Origin: a candidate division WOR-3 bacterium
GTDB taxonomy: Bacteria; Hydrothermota; Tepidihabitantia; B3-TA06
Length of the DNA: 64,000 bases
NCBI GenBank assembly: GCA_965649265.1
Contig: CBFGKC010000006.1
Span: forward strand, 114,975-178,974
Reading direction: 5' to 3'
Shown here: positions 33,999-42,650 of the stretch, in pieces
How positions within the stretch are numbered: the first letter of the stretch is position 1
Layout of the letters: each line of letters begins with the position of its first letter
Position numbers and translations under genes: made by a program
The notes under the pieces: model-generated
What the model was told of the DNA's origin: nothing
The model's database searches: none
The model's input: only the letters and a program-made list of their open reading frames with translations

Positions 33999-36530
33999 CT
34001 AATGCGCTTCGCCCCAGTTATCGCCCGAACCTATCTCGACCTCCAGGGGCACCGAGAGCTTCCACGCCGATTCCATGTCGCGCTTGACTATCTCCATCGC
34101 GCGGTCTACCTTTTTTTCAGGAACCTCGAACAGAAGCTCGTCGTGTATCTGCAGGAGCATTCCTGGCTCTATGCCTTCGTCCGTAAGACTCTTTTCGACC
34201 TTTATCATCGCGGCCTTGATGATGTCGGCTGCGGAGCCTTGCACGGGCGCGTTGATGATCGCGCGCTCGGCGACGTCGGCGCGATTGGGAACCTGCGGCA
34301 CGCGGCGCACACGTCCCGCAATCGTGGAGACGTAGCCTTTCTCCACCGCCTCCTGCACAATGCGCTCCCGCCAGGCCGATACGCCCGGGAACGACGCGAG
34401 GTAGTGATCGATGAAGTGCGCGGCCTCCTCGGTCGAGACGCCCATGCGGCGGGCGAAGCCGTAGGGACCCATGCCGTAGATGATTCCGTAGTTGATGGCC
34501 TTCGACATGCGGCGGTGGTCCGCCGTGATCTCCGATTCTTTTACCCCGAACACGCGCATGGCGGTCTCGGTGTGCACGTCGCGGTGGGCGTGGAAGATTT
34601 CTGTAAGCGCATCGTCGGCTGCGATATCGGCAAGCACGCGAAGCTCTATCTGGGAGTAGTCCGCCGACAAAAGCTTGTTGCCTGCAGCGGCCACGAAGCC
34701 CTTGCGCATCGCCGGCCCGCGCTCGCCCCTTATCGGAATATTTTGCAGGTTAGGGTTGGCGGTCGAAAGCCTGCCGGTCGAAGCGCCGGTCTGGTCGAAG
34801 GTGGTGTGAATCCTCGAATCGGAATCCACGAGCGTGACGAGCGGCCTCAGATACGTTGAAAGCAACTTGGAGAACTCCCGCCACTCGAGAATCTTCGGGA
34901 TGACCGGGTGCGCGTCCACCATCTCCTCAAGCACGTCCGCCGAGGTCGAATAGCCCGTCTTCGTGCGCCTGCGCGGCCTGATGCCTAAATCCTTGAAGAG
35001 AATTTGCTGCAGCTGCTTAGGCGAGCCTATGGTGAACTTCGTTCCGGCAAGCTCGTAAATATCGGTCTCGAGTTTTGCGAGTTCGTCCTCCCACTCGTCC
35101 GTCAACTTACCGAAATACTCAGTATCGAGCCTGACTCCGCGCTCTTCCATCTTCGCAAGAACAGGGATGAGGGGCACCTCCATCTCTTCGTAGACCTTGA
35201 GTGCGCTCACTTCCTTTAGCTCCATCTCGTAATGCTCGCCCGCATCGTGCATGAGGCTTACGGCGTCGGCCGGCGATGCCAGCGGCCTTCCTGCCGCGTG
35301 CACGAGAACGCGCTCGAGCGTTCTCAGGGAGAGATCGGAGTTTTCCACGAACGCCATAAGATGCAAATCCCAAAGCTTGCCTTTGATCTCAAACCCCAGC
35401 TTGATCAGCGGTTTGGCGTCCCAGAGAATCTTGGGAAAAGCTTTGTTCGAAAGCAACTCCCGAACTTGTTCCTCCTTGACCTCGGCAATCGTGAATCCGT
35501 CGGATGCTAGAACCCTTTCGTAGCATCCTCCGATGCAGCCTTTCTCGTCGGAAAACATGTCGGCCTGACCCGTTTTCTCCTCGAACAGGAAGGAAAGGGG
35601 GTCACCCTTCTTCGGCGCAAACTCAGCCTTCGAAATCTCGAGCGTTCCCTTCTTCTTGTCCTTCGGTTTCATGTGCGAAAGGCGCGAGGTGAAGCCGAGC
35701 TCGTTGTAGACGGCCTGCAGCGCCCCTTCGTCCTCGCTTCCGCAACGCAGGTCCTCATCCTTGATCTTCAAGGGTACGTCCTTGTGAAGCTGAACGAGTT
35801 CGTAAGAGAGCGTTGCTATCTGTCTGTGTTCTGCCAGCTTCTCGTCCTTTTCGAGCGCGGTCGCGAGGTTACCGTACTTCTCGATAAGAGCGAGCGCACG
35901 TTTTGGACCGATGCCGGGAACGCCCGGTATGCCGTCCGACGAGTCGCCCATGAGTGCGAGGAGGTCCGTTACCTTTTCGGGCGTCACTCCCATCTTCGTC
36001 TTCACTCCCTTTGAGTCGAACTCCTCGTCCTTGTAGGTGTCGTAAACGACTACATTATCTCCCACCAGTTGCGTCAAATCCTTGTCGCCCGAGACAATCA
36101 CGATCTTCGTGAACTTTTCCCTGAAACGCTCCGTTATCGTGGCCATGATATCGTCGGCCTCGTAACCCTCGAGTAAAAAGACGGGCAGGCCCTGCATCTT
36201 GGCGATTTCAGCGATCATGGGAACCTGCCAGATAAGCTCGTCTGGCGTCTCGGGTCTGTCCTTCTTGTAGTCTCGGAACTTTTCGTGCCTGAATACTTCT
36301 CTTCCTGCGTCGAACGTGATGACAATGGAATCCGTCGGGTAGCGTTCCCTTATCTTGTCCATGGCCTGAAGGAACCCGTAAATCGCCGAGGTGTTGCGAC
36401 CTTTTGTGTCTCTCAGGGGGTTGCGGATAAGGGCGAAGTACGAGCGGTAGGCTATGGAGTGGCCATCAATCAGGACAAGTATCACGCCCCCCTCCCAGCC
36501 TTCCTCGCCCTCCTCGCCCTCCTCAGGCAC
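33999..36530 (-). CDS. polA: DNA polymerase I
   Basis: 5'-nuclease N-terminus LVLIDGHSIAYRSYFA. Polymerase motifs RRMSKAINYGIIYGMG and LQIHDELLFEV. The true start may be GTG 36485 (MILVLIDG...); the first 15 codons (MPEEGEEGEEGWEGG) are encoded by a C-rich repeat. Confidence 0.9.
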   Translation of the reverse strand: MPEEGEEGEEGWEGGVILVLIDGHSIAYRSYFALIRNPLRDTKGRNTSAIYGFLQAMDKIRERYPTDSIVITFDAGREVFRHEKFRDYKKDRPETPDELIWQVPMIAEIAKMQGLPVFLLEGYEADDIMATITERFREKFTKIVIVSGDKDLTQLVGDNVVVYDTYKDEEFDSKGVKTKMGVTPEKVTDLLALMGDSSDGIPGVPGIGPKRALALIEKYGNLATALEKDEKLAEHRQIATLSYELVQLHKDVPLKIKDEDLRCGSEDEGALQAVYNELGFTSRLSHMKPKDKKKGTLEISKAEFAPKKGDPLSFLFEEKTGQADMFSDEKGCIGGCYERVLASDGFTIAEVKEEQVRELLSNKAFPKILWDAKPLIKLGFEIKGKLWDLHLMAFVENSDLSLRTLERVLVHAAGRPLASPADAVSLMHDAGEHYEMELKEVSALKVYEEMEVPLIPVLAKMEERGVRLDTEYFGKLTDEWEDELAKLETDIYELAGTKFTIGSPKQLQQILFKDLGIRPRRRTKTGYSTSADVLEEMVDAHPVIPKILEWREFSKLLSTYLRPLVTLVDSDSRIHTTFDQTGASTGRLSTANPNLQNIPIRGERGPAMRKGFVAAAGNKLLSADYSQIELRVLADIAADDALTEIFHAHRDVHTETAMRVFGVKESEITADHRRMSKAINYGIIYGMGPYGFARRMGVSTEEAAHFIDHYLASFPGVSAWRERIVQEAVEKGYVSTIAGRVRRVPQVPNRADVAERAIINAPVQGSAADIIKAAMIKVEKSLTDEGIEPGMLLQIHDELLFEVPEKKVDRAMEIVKRDMESAWKLSVPLEVEIGSGDNWGEAH

Positions 36531-36591
36531 ACCCTTCTCAGCCTCATCTGTCTGATTAAAGGACGTTTCAATCGAGGGAGTCTTGCTCGAT

Positions 36592-37350
36592 TCATGGTGT
36601 ACTCTGCCGCTTTTCTTTTGCTTGTTGAAGAGACTTTTTCACCAGCTCAGTTGCTCTGTACAGCGATTCGAAGGTGCCCGCATCCGTCCACCAGCCCGAA
36701 AGCTTTGCCCAGCGCATCTGGCCCCAGGAGATATAGGTGTTGTTCACGTCCGTTATCTCGAGTTCATTTCTTCCTGATGGCGAGAGCCCTTTAACGATCT
36801 CGAACACACGTTTGTCGTACATGTAGATTCCGGTCACAGCCAGGTTGGATTCCGGTTTCTTCGGCTTCTCCACAATCCTGGCGACGTGTGCACCTTCCAC
36901 GGTCGCAACGCCGAAGCGCTGGGCGTCCTTCACTTCCTTCAGAAGAATCATCGCGCCGGTTCCGGCGGCCTCGAACTTCTTGATGTAGGGGAGGAGGGGG
37001 GCGGAAAAAATGTTGTCTCCGAGAATCACCACAACCGGCTGGCCCTCCGAGAAATCCTCGGCGAGCGATAGCGCTTCCGCGATGCCGCCGTGACCGTCCT
37101 GGTAGGTGTAGTGCAGACCCTTGATGCCGAACTTCCTTCCGTTTCCCAAAAGCCTCAAAAAGTCACCCGCGAATTCGCCGCCCGTGACCAAAAGTATCTC
37201 CTCGATTCCGGCCTCGACTAATTTCTCAATAGGATAAAGCACCATCGGTTTGTCGTAGACAGGCAAAAGGTGTTTGTTGGTCACCTCAGTCAGCGGCGCG
37301 AGCCTGGTGCCCATGCCGCCCGCAAGTATCACGCCTTTCTTCAATTTCAT
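36592..37350 (-). CDS. Sugar-1-phosphate nucleotidyltransferase (glucose-1-phosphate thymidylyl/uridylyltransferase-like)
   Basis: KGVILAGGMGTRLAPLTEVTNKHLLPVYDKPMVLYPIEKL. 252 aa. Confidence 0.8.
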   Translation of the reverse strand: MKLKKGVILAGGMGTRLAPLTEVTNKHLLPVYDKPMVLYPIEKLVEAGIEEILLVTGGEFAGDFLRLLGNGRKFGIKGLHYTYQDGHGGIAEALSLAEDFSEGQPVVVILGDNIFSAPLLPYIKKFEAAGTGAMILLKEVKDAQRFGVATVEGAHVARIVEKPKKPESNLAVTGIYMYDKRVFEIVKGLSPSGRNELEITDVNNTYISWGQMRWAKLSGWWTDAGTFESLYRATELVKKSLQQAKEKRQSTP

Positions 37351-37355
37351 TCGCT

Positions 37356-37384
37356 ATCTTACAGCAGGAGAGGGGAGGAGTCAA
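37356..37384 (-). promoter_or_regulatory. sigma70-type promoter TTGACT-N17-TAAGAT abutting the start codon (leaderless)
   Basis: TTGACT 37384-37379, TAAGAT 37361-37356. ATG 37350 is 5 nt after the -10. Confidence 0.5.
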
Positions 37385-37409
37385 GGGAGTAAATGATTAC
37401 ACGCAAAGT

Positions 37410-37438
37410 TTGACACTATAAGACGGTTTTCTTATAAT
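37410..37438 (+). promoter_or_regulatory. Perfect-consensus sigma70 promoter TTGACA-N17-TATAAT
   Basis: TTGACA 37410-37415, TATAAT 37433-37438. AAAGGAGG RBS before ATG 37472. Confidence 0.6.
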
Positions 37439-37471
37439 GCAAACAGAGGATACAAGCCAAAGGAGGAAAAG

Positions 37472-38683
37472 ATGAAGCGTTGCTTTCTCGCAGTTGTGTT
37501 CGCAGTGCTTTTGTTCGTTTATTGCTCTCTGCCGAAGTATCACGGCGAGCCTCTCTGGACTTTTGAGGCCAAAGGGAGGATATGTTCCTCGGCTCTCGGC
37601 CAGGATGGAACTATTTATTTTACCATGAATTACAAAGATACCGCAAGTCTTTATGCGCTGAACCCCGACGGCGACATTAAATGGAAGTACACGTCAATTA
37701 GCACAAAGGATACTTTGAGGAGCTTTGATTTCCTGTCGATAAGAAGCGACGGGACAATCTATGTCGGCGGCGAGAGTGTTCTTTTCGCGCTGAATCCGGA
37801 CGGAAGTCTCTTATGGAGTTATGAAGATGTTTGTCAGGTCGGCGGAATGCTAATCGGGACTGAAGGGGCGTTGTACATTCTCGACAGCGGTATTCTCATC
37901 GCATTAAACGAGAGTGGAGAAAAGCTATGGGAATCTGATTTGGACATTATTCTTCTGGGATGCATTTCAGCCGATGGATCGGTATATGTTTATGAGAGCA
38001 GCCTTAGTTCTCCGATTGAAAATGCTGTTTCCTTGTATCCAGACGGCACTTTAAAGTGGCGGCGTGATTGCACAATTGGATTTCCTTGTCCCTATCCTAG
38101 TCCAGCTGTTGGCGAGGACGGAACAATCTACGATGCACAGATGTATCTCATGGCCATTTCGGACAATGGGGATTGCTTATGGAATTACAAGGATTGTTTT
38201 AATCCGTCAATAGGCTCAGATGAAAGCATATATGCCGTTGGGTATTACAACAATGCCAAAAAGAACAAAGTTATAGCGTTTGACGATTCGGGTAAAGTGG
38301 CATGGGAATACAAGATTCCGGGGGAAAAAAGAACAGTGGGTTATATTTCGCCTGTGGTTGGTGCAGACGGGACGATCTATGTGGGTGAATGTTTTTACTT
38401 CTTTTGGGGTTGGACTCCTGAAGAAGACTACTATCTTTACGCGCTGGATAATACCGGCAGGCTTTTGTGGACATATAGTATTGACGGGTTTCTCTCGAAT
38501 CCTCCTCTGCTTGCCCAGGACGGGACGCTCTACTTATGCACGAATTCTTCACTCGAAAGCGACGGTGCTAATTCAAAAGTAAAAATAACCGCCCTTCAAA
38601 CCGAGTCAATGGGTCTTGCCTCCTCCTCCTGGCCGCGGGCCGGGCACGACAACCAGAACACGGGCCGCGCGAGTGGGCATTAG
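37472..38683 (+). CDS. PQQ-like beta-propeller repeat protein (BamB-like fold), probable lipoprotein
   Basis: Repeats DGTIYF...LYALNPDGDIKWKY, DGTIYVGG...LFALNPDGSLLWSY and similar. N-terminal MKRCFLAVVFAVLLFVYC. C-terminal SSSWPRAGHDNQNTGRA. Confidence 0.7.
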   Translation: MKRCFLAVVFAVLLFVYCSLPKYHGEPLWTFEAKGRICSSALGQDGTIYFTMNYKDTASLYALNPDGDIKWKYTSISTKDTLRSFDFLSIRSDGTIYVGGESVLFALNPDGSLLWSYEDVCQVGGMLIGTEGALYILDSGILIALNESGEKLWESDLDIILLGCISADGSVYVYESSLSSPIENAVSLYPDGTLKWRRDCTIGFPCPYPSPAVGEDGTIYDAQMYLMAISDNGDCLWNYKDCFNPSIGSDESIYAVGYYNNAKKNKVIAFDDSGKVAWEYKIPGEKRTVGYISPVVGADGTIYVGECFYFFWGWTPEEDYYLYALDNTGRLLWTYSIDGFLSNPPLLAQDGTLYLCTNSSLESDGANSKVKITALQTESMGLASSSWPRAGHDNQNTGRASGH

Positions 38684-38766
38684 GAAAGTACTTGACAGTG
38701 TAGAATTTCCTTTTATTATTTATATGTGGTCAAACCCTGCGAGGCGGGAAAATCTAGGAGGATAAC

Positions 38767-39960
38767 ATGAAGCGTGTGTACGTTATCTCCATAGCCGCGG
38801 CAGTCGTCCTTACAACCTGTTCCTTTCCTGAATACAAAGGTGAAGCACTCTGGACTTACGAGGTCTCAGGACACCTGGGTTCCACAGCGCTGGGCAACGA
38901 CGGTACAATCTATTTTACCGTCGACTACGTCTCCGATACTTTTAATGTTGACAGCGCCAGCCTTGTTGCCTTGAATCCTGACGGCTCACTGAAGTGGAGT
39001 CGTACCGAGAAATACGATGCCGGAACCTACAACGGAATGGGGGCCTTATCCATCGGTTCGGACGGCACCCTTTACATCGCAGGCAAGTTACTTTATGCGT
39101 TATCTCCCGAGGACAGCGTTCTATGGATGTATGAGCCGGAACAATACATATACCAGATTCTTGTCGGTGCGGATGGCACCCTTTATATCCTTGTCAATCG
39201 CACCCTCTGTGCTGTAACCGGCGAGGGGCAGCTTTTGTGGAAATCTCCCTTGAACCTGTGGAGACTCTACGGCGTGACTTCCGACGGAACCGTCTACGCC
39301 GCGGAAATAGATAATACTTTCTCCAATATTGCGGTGAACGCGGACGGGTCTCTCAAGTGGCGCTACGACCGGGGAACGTCGAGCAACTGTCAGTATGCGG
39401 CAATCGGCGAAGACGGCTCAACCTACTGCAGCGGTTTTGCGCTTAAGCCTGACGGAAGCCTGAAGTGGAAGTACGCCGGAATGTACGAGCCTTCTTTAGG
39501 AACGGATGACAACGTCTGCTCAGGCTCCTACATAGAAGAAAATAAGAGAGGGATCATTACCCTTGATACGAGCGGAAATCTTCTCTGGGAATACGAGATT
39601 CCGGGAAAGAGCTATGTTTCGGGGTTGAACCCGCCTGCTATCGGCGCCGACGGAACAATCTACATCGGTGAGTATTACATATCTATGGGCATAGGAAGCG
39701 ACCCCGGCGTGGTCCCTCACGATTATTACCTCTACGCGGTTGACAAGACCGGAAAATCGCTGTGGAAGTATAATACCGACGGCCAGGCTGCAGGCTCTCC
39801 GCTTATCGCACCCGACGGGACGCTTTACCTCTGGTCCGAAACGTATTTGTCTGAGCTCGGCTACAAACTTCACGCGATAAAGACGGAGTCCATGGGGCTT
39901 GCCGCCTCTTCATGGCCCCGCCCTGGTCACGACAACCGGAATACGGGCTGCGTGCAATAA
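38767..39960 (+). CDS. PQQ-like beta-propeller repeat protein, paralog of 37472..38683
   Basis: Same repeat pattern (DGTIYF, LVALNPDGSLKWS, DGTLYIAG...LYALSPEDSVLWMY). N-terminal MKRVYVISIAAAVVLTTC. C-terminal SSWPRPGHDNRNTGCVQ. Confidence 0.7.
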   Translation: MKRVYVISIAAAVVLTTCSFPEYKGEALWTYEVSGHLGSTALGNDGTIYFTVDYVSDTFNVDSASLVALNPDGSLKWSRTEKYDAGTYNGMGALSIGSDGTLYIAGKLLYALSPEDSVLWMYEPEQYIYQILVGADGTLYILVNRTLCAVTGEGQLLWKSPLNLWRLYGVTSDGTVYAAEIDNTFSNIAVNADGSLKWRYDRGTSSNCQYAAIGEDGSTYCSGFALKPDGSLKWKYAGMYEPSLGTDDNVCSGSYIEENKRGIITLDTSGNLLWEYEIPGKSYVSGLNPPAIGADGTIYIGEYYISMGIGSDPGVVPHDYYLYAVDKTGKSLWKYNTDGQAAGSPLIAPDGTLYLWSETYLSELGYKLHAIKTESMGLAASSWPRPGHDNRNTGCVQ

Positions 39961-40018
39961 TCTTTTCCGGTCCACTTGGAGGTTTAATACGGTCGCGCGG
40001 CAGTACCCGGTATTTTAG

Positions 40019-40047
40019 TTGACAGATCGCGAAGCGCACCTTATAAT
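40019..40047 (+). promoter_or_regulatory. Perfect-consensus sigma70 promoter TTGACA-N17-TATAAT abutting the start codon (leaderless)
   Basis: TTGACA 40019-40024, TATAAT 40042-40047. ATG 40053 is 5 nt after the -10. No room for an SD. Confidence 0.6.
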
Positions 40048-40052
40048 GAAGG

Positions 40053-41186
40053 ATGAAGCGTTTGCTTATCCTTCTGGTCGCGGCGGCGTTGCTTGCAGGT
40101 TGCGCGTCCCAGTCGGTAAAAAAAGGTAAAACCGGGCTCGAACTGCTCTATATCGCGGACGTACCGGCCGACGATGCCGGGTGTTCGGCGCTCTACTCTA
40201 CAATCAAGGGGTTCGAAAATCCCCTCGTCGTAGTTGATGATCCAACGTTCTCCACTATCTCCGATCTTGCCTGGTGGGAGGGGCAAAGGGAGCTTTTTCT
40301 CCTCGACTCTCTGGGTGTGGGACTTTTTTTCCTTCCTTCCTCCTGGATGCTTCTCGGTGCGGACAAGCTCAAGGAACTCTCGAACGAGGCCGATTTCTTC
40401 ATGCCAGCGATGAATCTTGCCGACAACTCGCTGCGCTACATTTTGCCTCGCTACATGATACGCAGGCAGGGTTCGTATCGTCTGGCCTTCTCTGCGGCGG
40501 TCAGACCGGAGAAACAAGCGTTTCTCATTAAAGGAGAGAATCTTCTTAATGTGGATTCGCTTCTGCCCGTGACCGCTACTTACCTGGCCATGCAGTCCGA
40601 TTTCTTCTTCTTTTTCAATGATGATTCGACCGGAAAGGTTTCATCGGGGATCAACTCCATTCCGCGTGGTGCCGGTTCTCGTCAGCTTTCCTTAAGCTTC
40701 CGCAGCACGACGGAATTCAAGCTTAACCAGAAGCCCTTGAGACTTGCGGCCGCGTCTGCGACCAATCCATGCGCGCTGTGGCAGCAGAAGGCTGATTCCA
40801 TCGACTTGGAGCTTCTGGGCGCGAGTTCTGAAGGCGTTTCCACGGACTCGCTGCGGCAGCTGGCAGCGAAGGCTCTTGGCTCAAGCGAGAGCGTAATGGT
40901 TTATCTCGGCGATGGGTTCATAAAAGATTCGCTGCCCGCCGGTCAAATAACATTCGGCAAGATGCGCAGAGTTCTCGCCCCCGAGATTTTCGTCGCAGTT
41001 CCAAGACAGGATTTCGTCAACGCTTTCCCGCGAGAGGGGGAGGGGGTATCTCAAAAAATAAAGGAAGTGATTTTACCTTCATCTCTTTTCATCGCCGATG
41101 AGGCTTTAGGAAGCACTCACGCGAAGCCGACAGGATTGACTTCGGCTTCGCTGGTTCGTAAGATGTTTTCAAAGGAGGAGAAGTGA
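40053..41186 (+). CDS. Lipoprotein of unknown function
   Basis: MKRLLILLVAAALLAGC lipobox. 377 aa. Confidence 0.6.
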   Translation: MKRLLILLVAAALLAGCASQSVKKGKTGLELLYIADVPADDAGCSALYSTIKGFENPLVVVDDPTFSTISDLAWWEGQRELFLLDSLGVGLFFLPSSWMLLGADKLKELSNEADFFMPAMNLADNSLRYILPRYMIRRQGSYRLAFSAAVRPEKQAFLIKGENLLNVDSLLPVTATYLAMQSDFFFFFNDDSTGKVSSGINSIPRGAGSRQLSLSFRSTTEFKLNQKPLRLAAASATNPCALWQQKADSIDLELLGASSEGVSTDSLRQLAAKALGSSESVMVYLGDGFIKDSLPAGQITFGKMRRVLAPEIFVAVPRQDFVNAFPREGEGVSQKIKEVILPSSLFIADEALGSTHAKPTGLTSASLVRKMFSKEEK

Positions 41187-41866
41187 CAGCTCAAGAAGCA
41201 ACCATCAAAAAGGAACAAAAAACACGTGGTATTCGCTGGGGCAGGCTTATCTGGACGCTGTTCGTCGTCCTCTACCTCATAAACTTCGCAAAGAACCTCT
41301 TCGGCGACGTCGCTCAGAATGAAGCCGCAATACCCATAATCTACTTCATCGTATGGCTTTGCTGGCTCGGAGTGGAGTTTTACCTTGGGGCGCTCTTTTT
41401 CCAGTCGAGCCTTGTGATGAACTTTAATCCATGGCTCAAGGCCGGTTTTGCCCTTTTCTTTTACGCCATGCAGGGGCTTGCTCCATGGGACGCATTCGCA
41501 AGCACACATATCCGCTTCGCATACCCCGTGTTCAACATCCTCGGGCTTCTCCTGTTCGGTCTCGGGATTTTTATACGCATCTGGTCGCTTATAGTCTTTA
41601 AACGCGCTAAAAACCCGAGGGACGTTCTGAAAACGAGGCCGTGGCTGATGTCGAGGCACCCGCGTTACATCGGCATGCTTCTCGTGATGTTTGCAATACC
41701 TCTCGTGTTCTTTTCGCCGTGGGCCATGCTTGCGACCGTCGTAATCGGGCTGCCCTTGTGGTATCTTGAAACGAGATTCGAGGAGAAAAAACTTGCGGAA
41801 GAATGGGGCGAAACTTACAGGGATTATTGCGCACGCACTCCCCTGGCTCCTCGTCTTAAGCCTTAG
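41183..41866 (+). CDS. Isoprenylcysteine carboxyl methyltransferase (ICMT)/phospholipid methyltransferase-family membrane protein
   Basis: Multi-pass. ...TRPWLMSRHPRYIGMLLVMFAIPL...ETRFEEKKLAEEWGETYRDYCARTP matches the ICMT/PEMT family pattern (RHPxY...EE..L...G..Y..Y). ATGA-type overlap with the upstream gene. Confidence 0.7.
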   Translation: MTAQEATIKKEQKTRGIRWGRLIWTLFVVLYLINFAKNLFGDVAQNEAAIPIIYFIVWLCWLGVEFYLGALFFQSSLVMNFNPWLKAGFALFFYAMQGLAPWDAFASTHIRFAYPVFNILGLLLFGLGIFIRIWSLIVFKRAKNPRDVLKTRPWLMSRHPRYIGMLLVMFAIPLVFFSPWAMLATVVIGLPLWYLETRFEEKKLAEEWGETYRDYCARTPLAPRLKP

Positions 41867-42650
41867 TTCCTGTTCGCCGGCCGGGCATAAAGAAAAGGTC
41901 GTGGGCACACCTCGGAAAGTGGTGTCGCTCGTTCCCAGCATCACCGAGATAGTATACGCGCTTGGGGAGGATTCTAAACTTGTCGGCGTGACTACGTTCT
42001 GTGATTATCCGCCGCAGGTCAAGGAGAAATCTGTAGTCGGCGATTTTCTTCATCCCGATCCCGAGAAACTCAAGTCGCTGAAACCGGATATCGTTCTTCT
42101 GACAACCCCGACACAGGCTCAGCTGGCATCCGACCTGCGCGCCTCTGGATACAGGGTGGCCGTATTCGAGGACCCGGCGACGCTCGAGGGCGTATTCGCG
42201 CAAATCCAGGCACTCGCCGACACGCTCGGAGTCGGTTCCAAAGGCCGCAAACTCGCCGACAGCCTTCGTGCGAGCGTTACCGCCATCGGCGCAAGGGAAA
42301 GCCTTTCCTGCTACGTTGAAATCTCGGACGCTCCGCTGGTTGCGGCAGGCGCGTCCTACCTATCGGACGCGCTCGCGCACATAGGGCTTTTTAATATCTT
42401 TTCCGACCGCAGAGGATATCCTGCAATAGACCCGGAGGAAGTCGCCAAACGCCAGCCGCAGGTGGTTCTGCTGCTTTATCCCAATGCGTCCGGGGCAAAG
42501 GTCTCCTCGCGCATCGGCTGGGCAAAAGTTCCTGCCGTCCAGAACCGTATGGTTTTTTCGAATCTTCCTCTTGACGAACTCATGCGTCCCGGGCCGAGGC
42601 TCATCCACGCTCTCATCGAAACCGATTCCGTAATACGTGATGCGCGCTAG
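41793..42650 (+). CDS. ABC transporter periplasmic substrate-binding lipoprotein (BtuF/FecB-type, iron-chelate or cobalamin)
   Basis: TTG 41793 after AGGAG gives MRKNGAKLTGIIAHALPWLLVLSLSSC (lipobox); the track starts at 41766. RKVVSLVPSITEIVYALGEDSKLVGVTTFCDYP...LKPDIVLL is typical of the PBP type 2 family. Overlaps the ICMT gene by about 74 nt. Confidence 0.75.
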   Translation: MRKNGAKLTGIIAHALPWLLVLSLSSCSPAGHKEKVVGTPRKVVSLVPSITEIVYALGEDSKLVGVTTFCDYPPQVKEKSVVGDFLHPDPEKLKSLKPDIVLLTTPTQAQLASDLRASGYRVAVFEDPATLEGVFAQIQALADTLGVGSKGRKLADSLRASVTAIGARESLSCYVEISDAPLVAAGASYLSDALAHIGLFNIFSDRRGYPAIDPEEVAKRQPQVVLLLYPNASGAKVSSRIGWAKVPAVQNRMVFSNLPLDELMRPGPRLIHALIETDSVIRDAR

